Shown here: piece after piece, positions 50,176 to 62,879 of the stretch
Layout: the number at the start of each line of letters is the position of its first letter
Numbering within the stretch: position 1 is the first letter of the stretch
Origin: Octopus bimaculoides
Taxonomy: Eukaryota
Direction of reading: 5' to 3'
Assembly: GCF_001194135.2 (NCBI RefSeq)
Contig: NC_068981.1
Coordinates: 178,431,771 to 178,495,770 of the forward strand
DNA length: 64,000 nucleotides
Translations under genes and position numbers: made by a program
The notes under the pieces: generated by a model
Seen by the model: the letters and a program-made list of their open reading frames with translations, nothing else
Database searches by the model: none
Told to the model about the DNA's origin: nothing

Positions 50176-51268
50176 GTAAGACATTGTTTTTTTTTCTTTT
50201 TTTATCCTTTAATAATCAGAATTAATTTATTTTGTTGGCATAATAACAAATTCTTATATTTAAAATGTTAGCTGAGAGAGAAGAGGCACTTAAGCTTTTG
50301 TATGGTCTGGTCTTCTTGATGGGTGTCAGTAATGTACTTGACTGTCAGTTTGAAAAACTGGAGGTCAACATCTGTTGGTAAAATGTGGGAGAGTTGGGAT
50401 TCTCAAGGGTGGTGAGAATGGTTAATAAAAAAAATGCTCAGTGCAGAATCTGGCAGGTAAAACATAGTAGGTAGGTTGAGAAGACCTGGATGTTTCTCAG
50501 AGTTTTATGCGCGTGCATGTGTTTGTGTGTGTGTCTTTGTCTTGGTTGTAAATAACCATCACCATCACCATCACACAAATGATGTTGCTCATTTCTAGTC
50601 TTCAGTGAAAAACATGTCTGGCCATGGGAACATATTACCTTGTTTGGAATCAGGTGAGTGTTGGCAATAGGAAAGCTATCGAGTCAAAGAAAATCTGCTT
50701 AGTAAATTTACATCTGACCCATGCAAGCATGGAAAATGGATGTTAAAAATGATGATGATACATATTGCCAAAACTGCAAGCCAAAGATGAAGCTTTTCTC
50801 TATATTTCATGCAAAAAAAAAGAATTGAAATCCTTAGTTAGTGTTTTTTTACTGTTTCACATTTGTTTTTCCATCCTAGCATGATTTGTATACATCTTTT
50901 TATAGATTTGGATATTTACATGCTTTCAAAGCTATGATTTTTTGTTGTTGATTGCTTTTCCTAATACTAACTATTAAAATCTAAAATGAGAAGTAAGTGT
51001 GACAGTGATGTCTGTCAGACAGACTGACGCAATCAGAGTTGTATTTGTATTCATTACTATGTCTTCAGCAGTCAAATGCTTCAACCGCACAACTGTCATC
51101 TCTAAAATTTCTAATGCTACCTTATTTGGTTTTCTATGCAAAATAAATGTGAAACAGTCAGAAAGTGAAAATAAATTAAAAGATTTTTATTTTGTCGTAA
51201 AAAGTTAGGAAAAAAAAATCACTGAGAGATTCTTTATGATAATCTATTTGTTTCTGATGTTTTTATAG

Positions 51269-51537
51269 AGACAGTTGGATCTGATGCCCATCTTGGAGCT
51301 CGAAATAATACAAGTGATAATCAAGCATTTGGCAGTCAAGAACAGCAGGTTTCAGCCATATCTGGGACACAGTCTTGGGAAAAGCCTTTACATCCACCCC
51401 AAGCTCAAAATATAACCCAAGGATCTAATTTACATTCTGAAGAAGGAGTATCTGGAGATCAAGTAGCTTCTTCAACAACTGAAACTACTAATTCTGAAGG
51501 AGGTGGATTTGATTATTTTGGAAGCAGTACACACAAG
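51269..51537 (+). CDS. SEC16: SEC16 exon: ETVGSDAHLGARNN ... GGGFDYFGSSTHK
   Basis: TTTTATAG| and AAG|GTGAGC; 269 nt, phase 1-0, open frame. Confidence 0.82.
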
Positions 51538-52078
51538 GTGAGCAACCAGTTGTAGTATTTACGAAAATGAACTATTCCACTCCTCAAATGAGACAGCATT
51601 AGCAATTGATGGCATCTCAGTATTAAGATTTCCTTTTTTTTATTATATTAAAGTATTATAATAATGGGTTGTTTTCAAATTATTATCATCTGGGTAATTT
51701 TGTGGAATATATTTTAATTTTTAACTTCTCCAAAAGCTTGCAGATGTATCGTGATGTTTTATTATATTCAAAGATTTTGGTGCTTTGTTGTATTCTGCAA
51801 ATGATTGTGACATTTTAAAATTCAGTTGAGATGTATTTTCTCAGACATGGTGATTATATTACCTTAGATGAATAACAACTTTGTCTCTGTTATAAAACTT
51901 GTTTCCGTGTATTCTAAAATTTTATGGAAATATTTTATTTTAGAAAAGTATATCAAATTGTAAATAAATAGCAAATTCTTCAGAAACCTTGTTCGCGTTT
52001 TTCATGGCCTTGATTATTTTATAAAAGATAAAATTACTGCATTACTAATGAATGATTTCTGATATGGAATACACTGGT

Positions 52079-52114
<36 letters not shown>

Positions 52115-53209
52115 AATAAGAAGAAAAGTAAAGTAATTGTTAAAACGGAGTGATGATAACCTATTTGCTTGTAAGGCTAATTACTTAGTTGATGTTACAT
52201 GAACTTTTGATGTTACAACAGTTCTGAGATTAAGATATGTCAGAGCATGCAGCCTTTTACTCCTTTTATTGTGGATAAAATTGTTTCTTAAAAGTATTTG
52301 CTTATAAAGATATTTTCAATAATAATGGAGTAAAATGAGGAGTGGATAAAAATGCATTGCTACTTCTATGCAAAAAAATGTTATATTATTTTTTTTTCTG
52401 TGACACTAGAGAAGCAAAACAATTTAATTATTTATTATTCAATTACATCCAAAAGTAAAGTTGAAGCAAAATTTTTGTTGATACCTTACAGAGAAGGGGA
52501 ACAGCAAATCTTTAATAATGTAATTGTTGCACTGTCATAGAACTCTATTAAAATTGTTAGTAGGTTTAGCTGAAGTGCATATTATATTTAATTACTTAGA
52601 TTTATAGTATTGGAGAATGTATCTTTTTTTTTTATGCTGTTTAGTATAGTTATCTTTTTTTTTCACAATGTTCAACTTAAATTTCCATTCATTCAGTTAT
52701 ATTGTTTATCTTTAAAGAGTATGAAGTTAATTTATTTATATTTCTTTTGCTTTTGGATTTGATGTTATAACCTTGAAAATTGTGTTTATAATTAACCTTC
52801 CAGTTAGCTAATTAATTATAGCTTAAAAATGTGGTTACTTTTTTTTAAAGTAAGGAATTAGCTGATTCTTTTGAGGAAAGCTTGTTTGTACAACATGGTT
52901 GATGATACAATAAGCAATGTATTATCTGAAGTCCACTAATTTGTTGAATTATATAACATTAGGATTATCATCAAGATGGTGGTGTGATGTAATGTATCAT
53001 CATTGTTTAAAGTTGGAGATAGAGAGAGAGAGACATACACACACACACACAGAAGTACAGTTTGAGGCTGAAATCAGTAGAAGCTGTAAAGGAAAGAGAG
53101 TTCTATTAGAAGAGCTTCTAATTTCAGAATCAACATGGATATTTCATTAGAATTTAGCAGAGAAACAAAACTGATGCTAAATGTTTGTGTGAAAATGATG
53201 AAGAATTTA

Positions 53210-53651
53210 GGCACCCATGCCAATGTCGTCTCCTTCATTGGACATGAAACTCTGCTTGCGAAGACTTGTTGGGGAAAGCGAAATCGTAATGGCACCTGTG
53301 CCCAGCGTCGCCTTCCTGGCACTTGTGCTGGTGGCACATGTAAAGACATTCGAGTGAGATCATTGCCAGTGCCGCTGGACTGGCTCCTGTGCAGGTGGCA
53401 TGTAATATACTCCATTTTGAGCGTGGCCGTTGCCAGCACCGCCTGACTGGCTTTCGTGCCGGTGGCACGTAAAAGCACCCACTACACTCTCGGAGTGGTT
53501 GGCGTTAGGAAGAGCATCCAGCTGTAGAAACTCTGCCAAATCAGATTGGAGCCTGGTGTAGCCATCTGGTTTCACCAGTCCTCAGTCAAATCGTCCAACC
53601 CATGCTAGCATGGAAAGCAGACATTAAACGATGATGATGATGATGATGATG
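53210..53651 (+). mobile_element. Family B retroposon, long copy
   Basis: Upstream unit, three modules and (GAT)n tail. Confidence 0.85.
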
Positions 53652-54254
53652 AATTTTGTCATTATTAAGCTGGTGTTTGGAACATCAATTAACATAATAT
53701 TTTGAAAAAAGCATTTCATTTAGATCACTTTGATACAGGAAATTTGTGCCATAGAACCAGGCATGGTCTTCAGGCTGCTTGGTATCAAAAGGGTTATAGC
53801 AGAAGAACTTTCTCACCCGAACTTTTTTACAAATGGAATTGTCAGAAAGTTTGCCCTGTGGATAGTAAATCAATGTTATTATTTGATGAATTTCATTTAC
53901 CCAGGTGCAAAATAGAACATGAATTTATGTGAAAAAGGTTTACTGATAAAATATATGCAATGACTGAGAGCAATTCTAAGTATGTGTAAATCTGTTGGCC
54001 TAAATGTTTTGATATGATTAAAGCGATGAACATGCATTGCTTGTAGCATAGTGTCAGCAAAAGGAAATTTTCAACTTTGAATTGAGTAACATTTTTGAAA
54101 TTATTGCACAAACTTCTGGTCATTATCCAATTTTTATTGGTGATATTACATTTAAAGATCATTAAAACCCTTTTGTACCTGTATTTTTAACAAAGATATA
54201 GTGACTTTTTCAATTAAATTTTAAAAAGAATCTAGAATTTAGTTTGGCTCAGTA

Positions 54255-54450
54255 CTCCTTACATTGTCATCATTTTACATCAATTTTTCTGTACTGGCAT
54301 GGATGGATGGTCTACACCAATGCAGTATCTCAGCACTTATTGCTGTCATTTGCCACTTCCTTCATAAGATTCAGCATCCTGAGATCAGAATTCACTATGT
54401 TTCATGTTTTCCTTGGATTTCCTTTTCCAAGCTCTTTCCGCCCGGTTCTT
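54255..54450 (-). mobile_element. RTE-type LINE 3' end (ORF C-terminus plus short 3' UTR)
   Basis: Minus strand GNPRKT*NIVNSDLRMLNLMKEVANDSNK (RGRPRKTW...DL...A.DR pattern), then CCATGCCAGTACAGAAAAATTGATGTAAAATGATGAC. Confidence 0.6.
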
Positions 54451-57072
54451 CACTAAATTGTTATTTTTACATGCATCTGATTCAAAGCAGTCATCTTTCT
54501 TGTATCCTAATTCCTCTATTTAATTTATGAGAAAACTTTGGTGGTGTATGGAACAAAGTAATTTAATAGTAAATCTAAAATTTTCGAACTAAAGAAAAAA
54601 AAAATCTTCTCAGTTACTATTGACTAAAAACATACTCATTTAATAAGATTAGATTTGTGTTGATGTAAATGTAAATATAAGTCAGTGTTTCTGCTGTTGG
54701 GATGAGGTTCATAGTCTGAAAAATTATCTTATGTAGTATGATAGACTGCTGTTTACTATTTTGAGATCAAAAGGATCCATCAGTGGATGAGCTGCTATAT
54801 CAAGAGAAGAAAGAACAGTATTGATGATGTTTTTTTTACCTCCAAAAGCATTAATAACATAAGTAAACTGAAAGGGTGTTGGTTGATAATTGAAACTACA
54901 TTGAAAGTTCATTGAAAGTTTAGTGTCTAATCAAAGGCACTCGATATATTCCATATATTTAGCATTAAATAGAGTTTTATTTAGAATGGTGAAAATGATG
55001 ACACCTTATGGAGTTCTACAAAGACACAAAATAAACTATACTGTTTTCTAATTTGGAACTGTGCTCTCTGTTCAGCCTTGAAGAGATGGGCTGTTTCTGC
55101 TGCATGTATATATGTTGGGGCATTTTGTATCTGTTTTCCCATCCAATTTTTTAATGTTTGATGTGTCTGATGGTGTTACAGCAAGATGGCCTTGCAAATT
55201 TCACAGCATGATGGATAATTTGTAATAATGTTAAACAGCAATAGAGGATCCACTGAAAAATAAACTTGAATTATTTTGTGTGTTTCAAACTGATAAGAGT
55301 TGCACAAACCAATGTTTTTATTTTTGTAGCTGGTTTTCCTTGACTGGATGCTGTTTCTTTAACCAACAGTAGAACTATTACCTTGTCACCCGAAGAACCC
55401 TTTTTTTTTTGGTTTTTTAAAGCATATAACACAATGAACTACATCTAAAGCATCCAGTGTTTCCTTTCTCTATACTGATTGTTATCATTTACTTGATAAA
55501 ATACCACAGATTTTAAAGAAAATTTAACTATTATTTAAGAAAAGAGAAGTTAAAATATGAAATGAAAATAAGTGTTAATGAAAGAAATATAAACAGGAAT
55601 TCTTATATCTGTGAAAAGCTTCATACTAGAGCAAAACTTTTCCCACTAAACATTTTAATTTTTTTCTTAATTGGTCTCAAGATTTATACATTTGAATTTG
55701 AATTTGAAGCAATGACTTTTACAATTGGATGAAAAAAGTATTAGTTATTGTGGAAGTGATATATAGTTACTTGAGCTAGCTAGAGTAATGTACCTTGTTG
55801 ATACAAAGGATGCATAACTTGGATTGCTGCTGGTCGACCTGGCACATGAGTTTCTTATAAATTTTACTTTTCAATCATTGTATTATTAATAATGAAGTAT
55901 TAACATGAGGCTTTCTGAAAAGTTTTATAATGTTTGAAAGATCTATTCAATTTTAACTAATTTGGAAATGCTGATTTTAAACGAACTAAGCTTATTCAGT
56001 TTTTTTCCTCCCTACAAATTTTTATGTTGTACTTGTCTTATAACAAAAAGATTATTTTCTTTTCTCACAACTCCAAGATGAAATATTTAGAATAATACTT
56101 TATTTTTACAATACTTTGAAACCTATGGAGGTTTATTAATGTTGGAAAGAATAGATTGAAAAGGTGTTTCACTTGCCTACATGGAAAAAGATCTGTTGGA
56201 CTGTTCCTGTTAGCTTTGATTGAGCAAATCTATTATCTAAAAGAAAACTTTGTGACCATATACAAACTCATGATTCTAGATGTTTATTTGGGTTTTATTA
56301 TTCTAATATTATTCTAATAAATTAGATATGCAGAACAGTAAATTATCAAACAGCTTTTTATATAATGGTCTTTAACTAAGAGGAATTTTATATAAGACAT
56401 TTAGTTTGGATGATAGAATGCTAGAAAAAATATGCTTTGCATCTCCATGGGAAGAGTCTCGTGCATTTGTAAACAAAATACAATTGACCATAAATAGTGG
56501 GTTACTCAAAGGTAAAAGTGTAATAGAGATTCTGTTCTTGTTGCTTGTGATGTGGATAAATTGCATTCAATTTTATGATATATCAAATTAAATCCATCAA
56601 CAGACAGATTTCCAAGAACGAAAAAATATTTTGGCTGAAAGGAAGGAGACAATTTGGATGTTATTCATACTTCAAATTTTTACAAAAGATAGCATTATAA
56701 AAAGCTAACCTAAGTGTTCCACATTATCTAGTTTGATACTGCACTGTTTAAGTTAAGATCATGTCAGAGTCAATTCCAAGGTTAATAAAATGTTACAATA
56801 ATGTACAGTACTGTTCAGTATGTCCTATTATCATTATAATACACTTATTCTCAATACAATAGCAAGAAAGATAAGTTCTTTGTGAATTGAATTGCCGCAT
56901 TTTGATTTTAGTCAGGAATTGGTCTATTTATGTCATTAAGGCAAATCTTAATTACTAATATACCTCTCACTAATATACCAGTAATTTGAGACTGCATGTT
57001 GTTATTGTTGTTGTCATTTGATATGATAAGGAAGGAATGAATTTCTTATGTAGTATTTTTTTTCTCTTGTAG

Positions 57073-57216
57073 CCTATCATTGCACCAACACGTTACGGGA
57101 ATAATCGCCAGCGCACAATATCAGAAAGCAGCAATGTCAGTAATGGCAGTGCCAATAGTGTCAAAATGGCATCACCAAAGAAAACAAATAATGCTGCCAA
57201 ACCCAAACCTGTAACT
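57073..57216 (+). CDS. SEC16: SEC16 exon: PIIAPTRYGNNRQRTISESSNVSNGSANSVKMASPKKTNNAAKPKPVT
   Basis: CTCTTGTAG| and |GTAAGT; 144 nt, phase 0-0. Confidence 0.8.
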
Positions 57217-57282
57217 GTAAGTAAAAAGAAAAAATCCTGTCCTATTTGATAAGGTAGTTTATTATGGGATACAAATTTATTT

Positions 57283-57477
57283 ATGTACTCTTTTACTTGT
57301 TTCAGTCATTTGACTGCGAGCACCGCCTTTAGTCGAGCAAATCAACCCCAGGACTTATTCTTTGTAAGCCTAGTACTTATTCTATCGGTCTCTTTTGCCG
57401 AACCGCTAAGTTACCGGGACATAAATACACCACCATCGGTTGTCAAGCGATGTTGGGGGGACAAACACAGGCACACA

Positions 57478-57539
<62 letters not shown>

Positions 57540-57873
57540 TACTCTCTGAGTGATTGGCGTTAGGAAGGGCATCCAGCTGTAGAAACTCTGCCAAATCAGA
57601 TTGGAGCCTGGTGTTGCCATCCGGTTTCACCAGTCCTCAGTCAAATCGTCCAACTCATGCTAGCATGGAAAGCGGATGTTAAACGATGATGATGATGATG
57701 ATGATGATGATATGACAGGCTTCTTTCAGTTTCCATCTACCAAATCCACTCACAAGGCTTTGGTCGGCCTGAGGCTATAGTAGAAGACACTTGCCCAAGG
57801 TGCCATGCAGTGGGACTGAACCTGGGACCATGTGGTTGGTAAGCAAGCTACTTACCACACAGCCACTCCTGCA
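57283..57873 (-). mobile_element. SINE family A split by a family B insertion (57540-57709, +) in its microsatellite
   Basis: A 3' module 57283-57480, (TA)n, B element, then A head 57710-57873. Confidence 0.85.
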
Positions 57874-58850
57874 TTTTAAATTGTTTTATATTTCACCATA
57901 TTCACTTGGATTATTATGAAAATGCAAGAACTTATCTGTTCACTTTGTATCTTTGAGGTCAGGAGGAATAGGAGACCCTTAACTTATAAACAGGTAGGGA
58001 ATAACATTGGGAAGGGCATCCAGCTGTGAAAAGGACAATACCTCCGTAACATATTTGTGTAAGCCATGCTAACATGAAAAAACAATTGTAAAAATGATCT
58101 ACTGAACAAAGTATGCATTTGGGTAAGCTTTTGGAACAAGTTCTTTATAGCTAGATGTCTTTCCATTGATAACCATTTAATGCTTTGTCCCCCTCCGTGC
58201 TAACATGGAACATGGACGTTAAATGATGATGATGATGATGATAATTATAATTTTTGCATACAACTTCGATGAAAGCTTTATGGTGAAATTTGTATTTAGC
58301 ATTATAAACAATTACTGTAACTCTGTCATTATTTATATGTTTGACTGGAGGTTATGTAGAAAGCTCTTTTAGTAGGTGTAGATGACAAATAGAAGCTTTC
58401 AAAATCTAGAGTGAAAGGTATTAGAGTTTTGGGGTTAAAGATACATACAAAAGACTGTATAAATGAAGATGTCACTGCTGTAAATTATCAATTCTGTGGT
58501 AAGTCATTAGTAGTTGCACAAAGATGCCAGAAATATACTAAATATTTTAAAATAATTTTATTTAATTTCTCAAAGAAAAAGAAAAAACAAAATAAATAAA
58601 ATAAAATAAAATAAATAAATGAAATAAATATTAAAATTATCCTTCACATCCAATGATATATTTTGACTATTTATAGTAAGCTCTTGCTTTACTAAATATA
58701 TTTCCTATTCTAGTATTCCAACAGAGTTCTAGTTGTTATTGCAATCTTTATTATGGACAATACTTTCCCAGCATTAAGGATTAAAACTTCAATCTCCATT
58801 TGTAACAGTGCTATTAACAATAACGATACCTTGAAATCTCAATTCTTCAG

Positions 58851-58949
58851 GGAGAGACCAAGGGTTGGTGGAATAGTTTGAATATATTCAGTCAACTTGG
58901 AAGGCAGAAGAAGAATGAAATGATACTTCCTGAAGATAAAAATCCTGCT
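58851..58949 (+). CDS. SEC16: SEC16 exon: GETKGWWNSLNIFSQLGRQKKNEMILPEDKNPA
   Basis: TTCTTCAG| and |GTAAGT; 99 nt, phase 0-0; GW...F and N.M.LP.DK.P motif of the Sec16 C-terminal region. Confidence 0.88.
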
Positions 58950-59104
58950 GTAAGTTGCATTAATTATTTTTCCGAAGACAATTTTAAAATTATGTTACAA
59001 TTTTTTTTTTCTGGCATGTAGCTGAAGCCAATTAAAGACAACTAATTTTTAATGTCTCTTCATCAAATTAGCTAAGTATTTCAAGTTCTAATATTTATCA
59101 AGTC

Positions 59105-59300
59105 CAAGGTGGTGAGCTGGCAGAACTGTTAGCATGCCGGGCAAAATGCTTAGCGGTATTTTGTCCTTCATTAAATTCTGAGTTCAAATTCTGCCACGGT
59201 TGATGCTGCTTTTTATCCTTTCAGGGTTGATAAAATCGATGTAATCAACTTAACCCCTCCCCTGAAATGGATGGTCTTGTGCCAAATTTTAAAACCAATA
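59105..59300 (+). mobile_element. SINE family C, diverged
   Basis: GGTGGTGAGCTGGCAGAA ... CTGAGTTCAAATTCTGCC. Confidence 0.65.
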
Positions 59301-59615
59301 TTGATCAAGTCCTGTTTTGATTTGGTGGTTTTCATCACAACAATCTCCCTTGGTAATTGAATCTTCTCTCTATGGATTCCATAGGAAAAGTTTGTTGCTT
59401 TGTGAGCTTGTTGCATTGCTTGTGTATTTTCTATTGTTGACAACTGATAATTTCTAAGATAATATATTTTCACAGGTCGACTTTTTGCCTATTTTCTTAT
59501 AGGCTGTATCCTTTTCTGTAAGGGCATATTTCTTTCCCTCTGTCACCAGAACATTTAAAATAAAGTAAATGGTGAAATGGTGAAGTTTTGGCTTTTTGTT
59601 TTAAAGCAGTATTAA

Positions 59616-59819
59616 CCCTTTAGCATTTAAACCAGCCAAATACTCTATCTATTTTATGTTCTTTCTGGCCAGACCCTGCTTCTCACACCTACTCTGCAAT
59701 ATCATTCTAAAAATAATAACATCATTAAAATCTAGAGCTATGAGATAATGCATGAGTAATTCAAAACAATATGTATAAATAAGCATTATATTTGACAGAC
59801 TAATCTGATTGCTAAATGA
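59616..59819. mobile_element. piggyBac-type MITE, second copy, opposite orientation to 22243
   Basis: TTAA|CCCTTTAGCATT left end; decayed right end followed by TTAA; interior resembles the reverse complement of 22243-22451. Confidence 0.65.
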
Positions 59820-60480
59820 TTAAAAGAAAACTCTCTTTATAGATGTAGATTGATATGTCATTATTTACTAATGTTTAAATTACTATAAAGAAGTTATTAT
59901 AAATAATGGTAATATGTTATTTATTTAAAAGTAACTGCAAGGTTCTTCAATAAATCCTAGTTTGTTAACCATAGTTCCCCTTATTACTAGAAATTTTCAT
60001 AATACACTCTTTAATTTATATATATATATATATATTTTATATCACTGCTGGAATTATTTTCTTGTTTCTCCTTTCACACAGAACTGGGGTGGGGAGAACC
60101 CCCCCTCCAAAAAACAAAATGAAAACAAAAGAAATTTTAAGGCCTTTATATATAAATAATTTAACTTTGTGTTATACGATGATTGTATACTCCCATCTCT
60201 AGAAACCTGGTAATTTAAGAGTTGTACTAACAGTTATGATATTAAAATGTGACAGGAGTTGTTAGATTATTCCTTTTAATTAATAAAAATTTTGCTCTTA
60301 TTTCATTTTTCCTCTTTAACCCTTTTGTGACACATGATATTTTGGTATATGTAGCCAAAAAGACCAAAGTTTTTTTTTCCTGTTGAGATTGAAATTGATG
60401 GGTGCATGTAGAAAACAAGGGATAAAGTGCTTAAAACTACTTTATTAGTATGTAAAACTATATATATATTATATAGTATG

Positions 60481-60971
60481 GGGGCCAGTCGTCAAATTTA
60501 GTTCGATTTCGATTTCACTGGCCTCAACAGATCTTCTCCTTCATTGGACACTAAACTCTGCTTGCAAAGACCTGTTGGGGCAAGTGAAAGAGAAATTGTG
60601 ATGGCACCACCGTTCGGGTGTGATCGTTACCAGCGTCACCTTCCTGGCACTTGTGCCGGTGGCATGTGAAAAGTCATTCGAGCGAGATCGTTGCCAGTAC
60701 CACTGGACTGGCTCCTGTGCAGGTGGCACGTAAAATACACCATTCTGAGCATGGCCGTTGCCAGTACCGCCTGACTGGCCTTCGTGCCGGTGGCACGTAA
60801 AAACACCCACTACACTCTCGGAGTGGTTGGCGTTAGGAAGGGCATGCAGCTGTAGAAACTCTGCCGAATCAGATTGGAGCCTGGTGTAGCCATCTGGTTC
60901 ACCAGTCCTCAGTCAAAGTGTCCAACCCATGCTAGCATGGAAAGCGGACGTTAAACGATGATGATGATGAT
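60481..60971 (+). mobile_element. Family B retroposon with inverted 5' segment
   Basis: 60484-60535 is the reverse complement of the upstream unit seen at 18557-18598 and 18471-18500. Confidence 0.85.
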
Positions 60972-61331
60972 AGTATGATATTATATCTATTGAAAGACAA
61001 TCACGGATAGACTGTTACACTTCAAAACATGTGTTTCATTGGACCAATGGATCGACTTCAAAGTCCTTTCAGCTTGTATCACTTGGACCGATCAGTTGGG
61101 TGTTGCAAAAGGGTTAGAAAAAATCTTTCAGTTATATTTCATTTTTGGAATGAATACTTTTCTAATAAAATTCAAATTGAAATACTTGTTTTATTTTGAT
61201 GAGGAGCATCTAGTTGTTAAAGCTGATTAATTTGGTAACCAATTTATTAACAATTTTTTCATAGATTGTTGAAGAGAGAACGGAAGATGTATTCATGTTA
61301 ATTTTGCTTTTTAACCCTTGTTTGTCATCAG

Positions 61332-61434
61332 ATTGTGTGGGATGCTGAAAGAAAGAAATGGATCAATACAGGAGAGGACGAAGAACCAGAAGCTGAGACT
61401 GCTCCACCACCTAAGGATATAGATCTAAATAAAC
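61332..61434 (+). CDS. SEC16: SEC16 exon: IVWDAERKKWINTGEDEEPEAETAPPPKDIDLNK (last exon found; gene continues)
   Basis: CATCAG| and |GTAAGA; 103 nt, phase 0-1; IVWD..KK.W.N motif. Confidence 0.9.
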
Positions 61435-62879
61435 GTAAGATTAGATTCCTGATATTTTTATTACAATGCTGATATGATAGACTAGTTGTTAACTTACCCC
61501 ATTCATAGAATTTTTAAGATTTATAATTTCAGCATCCTAAATGTTTAATTTCTCTCTACCCCAACTGTCAGAAATTAAACCAAGCCCTAAAAGAATACAA
61601 TTGTTAGATTATACACGTACGACTAGAATGGAGATAGCAAGCAATAATTGAAGGTACTTGGAATGTACAAGACAATATATAATTCAACATTTAAAAGTTC
61701 ATACATTAAATTAAGAAATTATTTATATAATGCAGTTGTCAAGGTGCAGGCATGCCCATATGCAGGTGTGGCTCTGTAGTCAAGGAGCTTGCTTTTCAGC
61801 CATGTAGTTTTGGTTTCTACTGTGTGACACTTTGGGCAAGTATCTTCTTCTATAGCCCCATGCTCTCCAAAGCTTTGTGAATGCATTTTATAGATGGAAA
61901 CTAAAAGATGCCCATCATATATTGTGTGTGTGTGTGTGTAGACAGACATGCACCCACAGGCATGCATATATGTATTTTTGATGGTGGTTGTTTAACTTCA
62001 TTCCTATCCTTATCAAGTAGACTTAAGGAAAAAAACATAACATATAAAAGTATATACTATCCAATATTAAAGATTTGGTTGCTATTTCTAGCAAGTGGAG
62101 CCATTGCATAGAAGTCTTCATGCTGACTTGTGTGGGCAGTTTTGAGATTGGAAGTACATTTCTGTTGAATTAATTCACTTCATCTCTTTGTTATAACCTG
62201 AAGTCTTTACCCTAGCCAGTAACTTGAGGGTTAGACCATGTCATGAGGATTTATTATTAATTAGCTATATGAAGACAAAATCCTTGATTTTGATCTGAAG
62301 GACCATTAAAATTTGCCGGAGCAATTGTAATATTAAAAGAAAATTATCTCCCTTAGAATGTATTTTACAAAGTTGTCTCCCTTAAACAACTAGCTTGCTT
62401 TCACACCCGAATTATTTAATAAATGAGTAACAGCAACATCACAACGATAATTTCTTTATTAACAACAAGGGCTCACAGAAAAGGAGGACAGTATTAAAGA
62501 CAATATATAAACATAGTGGGTTGTTTTTATGAAGGGCATATAAAAAAAAAGAGTAAAAAATAAGTAAAGAGAAAATTCCAACAAGGAGTCCCTGCAGAAA
62601 GATAATGAAGGAAAATCTCACAGAACCTATATCACTCTGATCCATGAATGTAAGCACCCTCTCTTAGTTGTCATTTTCCTGCCTACAGATGCATGCTCAG
62701 AGCTAACCTGTTCATTTGGGCTTTGTTCACTACTCTCACCCACCTTTCAAATTTACTGGAGGGCAGTATTTTCTGCCCCACCTTCACCAAATGGCATTTG
62801 GGAAAGTTAATGAAGGTTTGGCTGAAGAGGAACATATCCATTTTCAGTCTTCGAATCTTTTCCACCACACTGTCTCTTT

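Larger units (their letters stand above)
12477..61434 (+). other. SEC16: SEC16 (SEC16A-like) gene body, partial: 23 exons in the window, 5' and 3' ends outside
   Basis: Spliced GT-AG exons join in phase to 2937 nt with no stop. They include the central conserved domain ([88 protein letters not shown]) and the C-terminal LPEDKNPAIVWDAERKKWIN motif. Confidence 0.92.

Noticed and set aside
58809-58850. Upstream alternative acceptor (TGTAACAG) for the 58851 exon
   Set aside because: It gives TGC TAT TAA, an immediate in-frame stop.
60620-60830. Spaced repeats superficially like a CRISPR array
   Set aside because: Eukaryotic context, degenerate whole-unit tandem modules rather than constant repeats with unique spacers, and no cas genes.
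62640-62870. Moderately GC-rich segment fused to the truncated mariner
   Set aside because: I could not assign any motif in either orientation; left unannotated.
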